From positions 1 through 25,248 of the IMG/VR virus record IMGVR_UViG_2700989400_000006: a DNA stretch of 25,248 nucleotides. One strand, given 5' to 3'. Under the pieces are notes generated by a model. The model worked only from the letters and a program-made list of their open reading frames with translations, did not search any database and had not been told where the DNA came from. The first letter of the stretch is position 1; every line of letters begins with the position of its first letter. Positions 15,998-21,137 of the stretch are shown in pieces. Source of the stretch: a virus (taxonomy: Duplodnaviria > Heunggongvirae > Uroviricota > Caudoviricetes). Made by a program: the position numbers and the translations under genes.

Positions 15998-16287
15998 GCT
16001 TCCTCCATAGTTCGTTGTTTTATCTAGTGAAGATCTGATTCATGGTTTTCCAAGCCCATGCGCAAAACAATTAATCAAGTAAGAATAATCTTAATCAATT
16101 TAATCTTTTTTATTTGAATCATCAAGAGCCCCATTACTGATAGGCATCAGTTGGTGGTATCTCTGCTCAAGCTTCAGTAAAATCTGGTTTGCTACTTCCG
16201 CTCCTGGCACAAAGCGGACAACCGCGCTAGCTCTACCCTGTGCCACAAAATGTCAATTTGCATCTGAACTAATGCACTTTAATCTCG

Positions 16288-16710
16288 TCACTTCAGTAAA
16301 TACCGAACATCCCCCTGATAAAACGACAATATGCGCTGCATAACTTCGCTTTTACGACACTCAGTACAAATCATATTATGACGCCTGTCGTAACGACGTA
16401 TTTCTCCATCAGGTAATGACCAGATAAGGTCCGGATCAACCGCAGATGGTTTCTTCAGCTTTGCCCTTGAGAGCTTTTTACGGGCATTTTGCCAGTCCTT
16501 ACGCGCCTGTTCAGACGGGAATAACCCGTAACCAGAGTTGTATACATCGCCACTGGCAACCAGCTCTCTGGCCAGAACGTTCATCAGATATCTTGTTGCC
16601 CCAGTTTTAGTTTCCAGTTGTCGTAACGTCTCGCGCCCACTCTGGCGTACGAGTTCAACAACCTGCCCTTTAATTTTTTCCCGCTCTTCTTGTGTAAAAA
16701 CTTTTGCCAC
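16288..16710 (-). CDS. Hypothetical phage protein (140 aa) downstream of the replication gene
   Basis: ORF from the track; basic C-terminal half (RKKLSRAKLKK) and a possible helix-turn-helix (LRQLETKTGATRYLMNVLARELVASG). Confidence 0.5.
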   Translation of the reverse strand: MAKVFTQEEREKIKGQVVELVRQSGRETLRQLETKTGATRYLMNVLARELVASGDVYNSGYGLFPSEQARKDWQNARKKLSRAKLKKPSAVDPDLIWSLPDGEIRRYDRRHNMICTECRKSEVMQRILSFYQGDVRYLLK

Positions 16711-16750
16711 AAGCCCTCCTGAAAATTACCTCATGACCAGAAATTAACAC

Positions 16751-17827
16751 TTACCCCCTGAAGCCCGGCGGAATTTCGTTATCCGGTTCAGAAATATGAT
16801 TCACACAACGCTGGTTGTTCGTGCCGCTTACCGGGAGCAACCAGGGATTCTCAAAATTCCGGTCCGGTCCAAAAAACGTCGTCGCTCGCTGAACAAATTC
16901 CGTTCCCGTTTTCCCGGTAGCCGCCAAGTATCTTGCGTAACGCCTCACGCCATCCAGCATGGCCTCTGGTGGCACCCCCTCGCGTAATCTGGCCTTCCAG
17001 GCACTGAAAGCGGATTTCTTCGGGTTTGCCCCAGCACGCAACGGGTACTCCCGCCAGACCTGTTCGAACACATCCGGATAATCCACTCGTCCCACAGACT
17101 GCCCGGTGTTTTCCGGGACTACCCGATCGGCTTCCCGCTGAATGGCGGAATCGGCTTCGGGCTGCTGCAGTTGGTGTGATTGCTCCGGTCTTGCGGTCAT
17201 CACCTGCTGCACAGCGCCCGAATCGGCTTTCAGCGCATACGCTGAATCGGCTTCCGGTGTCGTGCCTGCTGGCTGACCAGGATTGACGGTCTGAACATCC
17301 CCTGCCTGGTTCGTGGCGTTTTTTACGCCATGGACCATAGTGTTTTGATCTTCTTGATCTGTATCTTTATCTGTATCTTTATCTGTCGTGACTCGTCGTG
17401 ACATGTGCGTGACATTTCGTGACGCGCCGTGACAATCGCCATTTTGTTCCCGCTTTCTTTCCCTCTCTCGCTGCGCCCTCTTGCGCTCTGCAGGAGATTT
17501 TGCGGTTTGCGAAATATTGCCGTTGTCCTCTTTAAGCACCTGGCGTTTTTCCCATCCAGTGATTAAATCACCATCAAGTACCCGCCCCTGCATCGTCTGC
17601 AAAATTGAATCAATTACCTCTTCTGTCACGTCGAGCGCACTTGCCAAATCTTCTGTCGTGACATCAATGTGACCTCGCGTGACATTTCGTGACGCGCTCA
17701 CCAGGAGGTGGATATACACTGCCATCACTGTTGCAATTGGCTGCCCTGACACCCTGGCAATTGTTCGCCACTTAGGGTCATTTGGCATGTCATGCCATAA
17801 TCTGAGCCAGGCGTTAGCCATACTCAC
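16751..17827 (-). CDS. Replication initiation / replisome-organizer protein (lambda O analogue) with internal iterons
   Basis: 358-aa ORF downstream of the Cro-like/YdaT-like pair; N-terminus MANAWLRLWHDMPNDPKWRTIARVSGQPIATV resembles phage replication-protein N-terminal domains; the gene contains two clusters of phased CGTGAC repeats, as ori-lambda lies inside O. Confidence 0.65.
   Translation of the reverse strand: MSMANAWLRLWHDMPNDPKWRTIARVSGQPIATVMAVYIHLLVSASRNVTRGHIDVTTEDLASALDVTEEVIDSILQTMQGRVLDGDLITGWEKRQVLKEDNGNISQTAKSPAERKRAQRERERKREQNGDCHGASRNVTHMSRRVTTDKDTDKDTDQEDQNTMVHGVKNATNQAGDVQTVNPGQPAGTTPEADSAYALKADSGAVQQVMTARPEQSHQLQQPEADSAIQREADRVVPENTGQSVGRVDYPDVFEQVWREYPLRAGANPKKSAFSAWKARLREGVPPEAMLDGVRRYARYLAATGKTGTEFVQRATTFFGPDRNFENPWLLPVSGTNNQRCVNHISEPDNEIPPGFRG
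17385..17433. repeat. Iteron cluster 1: five copies of (G/T)CGTGAC at 10-11-bp spacing
   Basis: CGTGAC at 17387, 17397, 17408, 17418, 17428 (helically phased); flanked on the lower-coordinate side by an AT-rich tandem repeat (TATCTGTATCTTTA, 17355-17385). Confidence 0.6.
17625..17693. repeat. Iteron cluster 2: four direct copies of (C/T)GTGAC plus one inverted copy
   Basis: Direct copies at 17657, 17668 (TGTGAC), 17678, 17688 and an inverted GTCACG at 17625; the 21-bp block GCGTGACATTTCGTGACGCGC occurs in both clusters (17408-17428 and 17678-17698). Confidence 0.6.
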
Positions 17828-17892
17828 CTCTTTTGATACCGAATCTTTTTACTCACAAATTGCCGGAAGTGATCCGGTATGAATATTGCGAG

Positions 17893-18318
17893 TCAATGCA
17901 CAGCCACAATATTTCCTGCAGGGCCACCACGATTCATCTGGTTGAAACCAGCGATCGCCACTGCGACAAAATCATCAGCGTCTCTCACCAGTCGTTCCCG
18001 CGTCTCCACTAGTTCCCGAAAATATGCTGAGCTATGACTGCGCATTCGGGCCACCAGCAGAGGTGGCATTGCTTTTTCGATAGCTGGTAACAACGCCTGA
18101 ATTTTTTTAACCGCATCAGGGGTGTCTTTCTCCACCCAGCGGAAAATTTTCTGAGTATTGCGAGCCAGGGCTTCCGGATGGTTGTCGTCATACAGTTCCG
18201 GGAACGTCATTCCCAGCTCGAAATACGCTTTGGTAATTTTCGCAGCCGGTACTTTTTCGCCGTCCGGATGCGCCCAGGCATTCATCGCCATGCGGATGTG
18301 TTCATGCTTGATTTTCAT
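17893..18318 (-). CDS. YdaT-like protein (CII-position gene of Rac-type immunity regions)
   Basis: 141-aa ORF whose start overlaps the Cro-like gene stop; size and position match Rac YdaT as I recall; no sequence check possible. Confidence 0.5.
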   Translation of the reverse strand: MKIKHEHIRMAMNAWAHPDGEKVPAAKITKAYFELGMTFPELYDDNHPEALARNTQKIFRWVEKDTPDAVKKIQALLPAIEKAMPPLLVARMRSHSSAYFRELVETRERLVRDADDFVAVAIAGFNQMNRGGPAGNIVAVH

Positions 18319-18569
18319 GAATCAACTCCCATCAGCTTTTTCGTAGTAGTTTTATTCCTGCCAATAGTTAAAATTGCATCGGCAGAAAATAATCCGTTTG
18401 ATGCAAGAGCGATTTTTTCAGCGTAATTTGTTTCGCCGGTATATTCTGTGCGAGGCAATTTTCCGTTATCCATCCATTTATAGATTGCTCTTTGGCTGAC
18501 ACCACAAACGTCGGCCACAACAGCAACGCGAACAGTTTTGATTACATCTTCAAGTGTTTTCTGGTTCAT
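18315..18569 (-). CDS. Cro-like HTH regulator (YdaS/DicC-position)
   Basis: 84-aa ORF divergent from the repressor gene; HTH segment VCGVSQRAIYKWMDNGKLP. Confidence 0.65.
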   Translation of the reverse strand: MNQKTLEDVIKTVRVAVVADVCGVSQRAIYKWMDNGKLPRTEYTGETNYAEKIALASNGLFSADAILTIGRNKTTTKKLMGVDS

Positions 18570-18648
18570 ATCACCCTCACAGTGTGAACTTTAAGTACAT
18601 GCTATAACAGAACTGACAGTACATTCAAGAGCGAATATCATTGAACTT
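18570..18648. promoter_or_regulatory. Divergent promoter/operator region between the Cro-like gene and the repressor gene
   Basis: 79-bp intergenic region between divergent start codons; contains two direct AGTACAT motifs (18594-18600, 18618-18624); the same motif family recurs downstream of the repressor gene at 19144-19184. Confidence 0.5.
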
Positions 18649-19068
18649 ATGGTTCATGAAGATAAAGCGCGTAAAGAGTTCGCCAGTAGGCTTGCGCTAG
18701 CCTGTGAAAACGCTGGTTATGAACAACATGGAAGGCAGGCAGAAATTGCCCGTCGAATGAAATTAACACCAAAAGCGGTTAGCAAATGGTTTAATGGCGA
18801 AACAATTCCTCGCCGGGAGAAATTAAGGGAATTAGCAACACTAATAGGAACAACACCAACCTATCTTTTGGGAGAGGATACAGAAGAAAGTGGACAGGTA
18901 CGTTTCTATCAGGAGTTAAATCCAAGACAAAAAATCATCATTGACCTTCTGGACGAGCTCCCTGACAGTGAGACAGATGAACTTTTAAAAACTCTTGAAG
19001 AGAAAAAACAGAAGTACAATGCAATTTACGAAGAGTTAGCACGAAAGAAAAAACAAAAAGCCTCTTAA
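18649..19068 (+). CDS. Prophage repressor, XRE-family HTH (DicA/RacR-type, no S24 peptidase domain)
   Basis: 139-aa ORF with N-terminal HTH (RQAEIARRMKLTPKAVSKWFNGE) and charged helical C-terminus; too short for a LexA-like autocleavage domain; divergent from the Cro-like gene. Confidence 0.8.
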   Translation: MVHEDKARKEFASRLALACENAGYEQHGRQAEIARRMKLTPKAVSKWFNGETIPRREKLRELATLIGTTPTYLLGEDTEESGQVRFYQELNPRQKIIIDLLDELPDSETDELLKTLEEKKQKYNAIYEELARKKKQKAS

Positions 19069-19362
19069 ACCAGCATAAATCCGGTAGCGCCTTCCTCCGG
19101 GTTTGTGCTTCACTTTATCCCATCTCATTTTTTTACACACAAAATGTACTAAAAGTACTTTACAACAATGAACGCAAAGTACATTATATACCTGCCACCC
19201 ACCCCGCCCCACAGAATGCAGGGTAATACTTCGAGTTACCAGGCAGTGGTCAGGGGTTAAGTAGCCAGCCCGAGGCGTAAGAACATGACGGCAGGGTTCA
19301 ACTTTAACTATGCAGCAGGTTTTTGTTCCGCCACCCCGGCGTTAAGGGGAAATGAGGTCAGC

Positions 19363-19515
19363 ATGGATACTATCGATCTTGGCAACAGCGAATCTCTGGT
19401 ATGTGGCGTGTTCCCCAACCAGGACGGTACGTTCACCGCGATGACATATACCAAAAGCAAAACGTTTAAAACCGAAACTGGCGCGCATCGCTGGTTAGCC
19501 AGAAACACTGACTGA
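19363..19515 (+). CDS. Small phage protein (YdfA-like, ~50 aa)
   Basis: Start chosen at ATG 19363 (MDTIDLGNSESLVCGVFPNQDGTF...) with GAGGT upstream; resembles the small first gene of the Qin dicB operon as I recall. Confidence 0.45.
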   Translation: MDTIDLGNSESLVCGVFPNQDGTFTAMTYTKSKTFKTETGAHRWLARNTD

Positions 19516-19526
19516 TGAGGTTGACT

Positions 19527-19916
19527 ATGGAATTTAAAGAGTTACCAAAAGAAATCCAAGAAATTGCAGCACATACACTTCGTCAACGTCTGAACGAAGT
19601 TGCATTAGAAGCTGAAACGAAAAAAGACATTGATAATATGGCTCGTAATGTGCGCGATGCGTTTACCGGACTGTATTCTGTTTCTGTTGAGGGCAATAAC
19701 ATTCCTGACGAACAGGAAGAGAGTACAGACCCCCACAAATTCTGGAAATCTGTAGAGGTCATTGCAAAAGCCAAACTACTGGAACTTAACAACTTATATC
19801 ATCGTGAGAATGATGGTCGTCAATCTTTGCATCATCAGGGAGTCGCCACCCTGATAGCTCTAACGAAAGAGCAAGGCGAATATCATCCAGTGGCATTAAA
19901 CGACACTGTGAAATAG
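19527..19916 (+). CDS. Hypothetical phage protein (129 aa)
   Basis: Start chosen at ATG 19527 (MEFKELPKEIQ...) with GAGG 6 nt upstream; the track start 19515 overlaps the previous stop. Confidence 0.5.
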   Translation: MEFKELPKEIQEIAAHTLRQRLNEVALEAETKKDIDNMARNVRDAFTGLYSVSVEGNNIPDEQEESTDPHKFWKSVEVIAKAKLLELNNLYHRENDGRQSLHHQGVATLIALTKEQGEYHPVALNDTVK

Positions 19917-20437
19917 TCCATCCATGTTTACGGGATAGATAAAGATATATCGCTTCGAAACCATCGACATGGTTTGGATAGCCTTCCTCAGCAGCAAGGT
20001 TATCCCCAAAACATTCAAGAATATAATTTAAACGCGCTGTTTAATAATGAATCTTCCAGCGAGTCTGATTTAGTTTGCTGACCATTTTAATTTTATCCTC
20101 CATTGAGGTTACTGGTTGAGAATGGAGACCACACGTGACAGCGCGTGGTCGTGCGCCGGACACGGATAAGAATCCGGCACAAACAGTTTACTGAAAGGAT
20201 ATATCCCTGAAAAGTCAGGGCATAACGCGAAAGCGCACGGCGAAGTCATTCCTCCCTTTGTTGTGTACTACTGACATCTTCGTCTGTGCGCTTCCGGTTG
20301 TGGCAATCCGCGAAATGGCGCGGCGGTAAGTATGGCGGGGTTATTCCTTCCCCGTTGAGGACACCGGGTTGTCAGGTTGACCATACGCTTAAGTGGCAAC
20401 CCCGCTGCAACGCCCTCTGTTATCAATTTTCTGGTGA

Positions 20438-20495
20438 CGTTTGGCGGTATCAGTTTTACTCCGTGACTGCTCTGCCGCCCTTTTTAAAGTGAATT
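20438..20495 (+). ncRNA. dicF: DicF small RNA (ftsZ-targeting sRNA of the dicB operon)
   Basis: TTTCTGGTGACGTTTGGCGGTATCAGTTTTACTCCGTGACTGCTCTGCCGCCC followed by TTTTT matches the 53-nt DicF sequence as I recall it, including the terminal GC-rich stem and U-tail; it sits upstream of dicB as in Qin. Confidence 0.8.
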
Positions 20496-20668
20496 TTGTG
20501 ATGCGGTGAATGCGGCTCAGCGCACGCGGAACAGTTAAAAAGGCCAGTTGACTTCCGTATTGGTTCTTATGGGTGGGTTCTCTGTATCCGGCGTTAATTA
20601 TTAACTGGTTAACGTCACCTGGAGGCACCAGGCACCGCATCACAAAATTCATTGTTGAGGATGCGATA

Positions 20669-20851
20669 ATGGAAACGTTATTACCAAACGTCAATACGTC
20701 TGAAGGTTGTTTTGAAATTGGTGTCAGAATCAGTAACCCTGTATTTACTGAAGATGCCATTAATAAGAGAAAACACGAACGGGAGCTATTAAATCAAATA
20801 TGCATTGTTTCAATGCTGGCCCGTTTACGCCTGATGCAAAAAGGACGCTGA
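20669..20851 (+). CDS. dicB: Cell-division inhibitor DicB
   Basis: 60-aa ORF METLLPNVNTSEGCFEIGVRISNPVFTEDAINKRKHERELLNQICIVSMLARLRLMQKGR closely matches my recollection of E. coli DicB; GAGGA upstream of the ATG. Confidence 0.85.
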   Translation: METLLPNVNTSEGCFEIGVRISNPVFTEDAINKRKHERELLNQICIVSMLARLRLMQKGR

Positions 20852-20853
20852 CA

Positions 20854-21057
20854 ATGAATACAGTATTTGCACTCGTTCTGACAGTTTTTCTTAATACAGG
20901 CGAGCCAGTCGATCTTGTTATTGGTATACATGACTCAATGAAAGAATGCATGGCTGCCGCAGCGGAACAGAAAATTCCCGGCAACTGTTATCCGGTTGAT
21001 AAAGTTATTCGCATGGACAATAACGAAATCCCGGCAGGACTTAAAACAGCACCGTAA
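20854..21057 (+). CDS. YdfD-like small protein (67 aa, N-terminal hydrophobic segment)
   Basis: Start chosen at ATG 20854 (MNTVFALVLTVFLNTGEP...) with AAGGA upstream, immediately after dicB as ydfD is in Qin (from memory). Confidence 0.5.
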   Translation: MNTVFALVLTVFLNTGEPVDLVIGIHDSMKECMAAAAEQKIPGNCYPVDKVIRMDNNEIPAGLKTAP

Positions 21058-21137
21058 TTAATATCCGGTTTCATTTTTATATGCCAGCAATGGCAGGGAT
21101 TTGTTCACCCTTAAATCTGTAATGAGGTTAAAACAAA

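Noticed and set aside
16141-16200. Possible tRNA or tRNA fragment (minus-strand sequence ending ...GATACCACCA)
   Set aside because: No acceptor stem, T-arm consensus or anticodon arm could be folded by eye; judged a coincidental CCA-containing stretch in the cassette upstream region.
16205-16256. Sigma54-type promoter (TGGCAC element) upstream of the cassette
   Set aside because: The GC/TGGCAC element is not followed by a TTGC -12 element at the required 5-bp spacing; recorded instead as an inverted repeat next to a TTGACA hexamer.
17355-17433. Possible CRISPR-like array (regular short repeats)
   Set aside because: Repeats are 6-7 bp cores at 10-11-bp phasing inside a replication gene, with no 25-40-bp repeat/spacer alternation and no cas genes; interpreted as origin iterons plus a coding tandem repeat.
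16796-17882. Plus-strand ORFs inside the replication gene (16796..16987, 17026..17286, 17481..17672, 17679..17882)
   Set aside because: Antisense to the O-like gene; GC-rich coding regions generate such ORFs.
20286-20760. Track ORFs 20286..20492 (+) and 20389..20760 (-) overlapping DicF
   Set aside because: They overlap a sequence I recognise as the DicF sRNA and its structured leader; both are treated as spurious.
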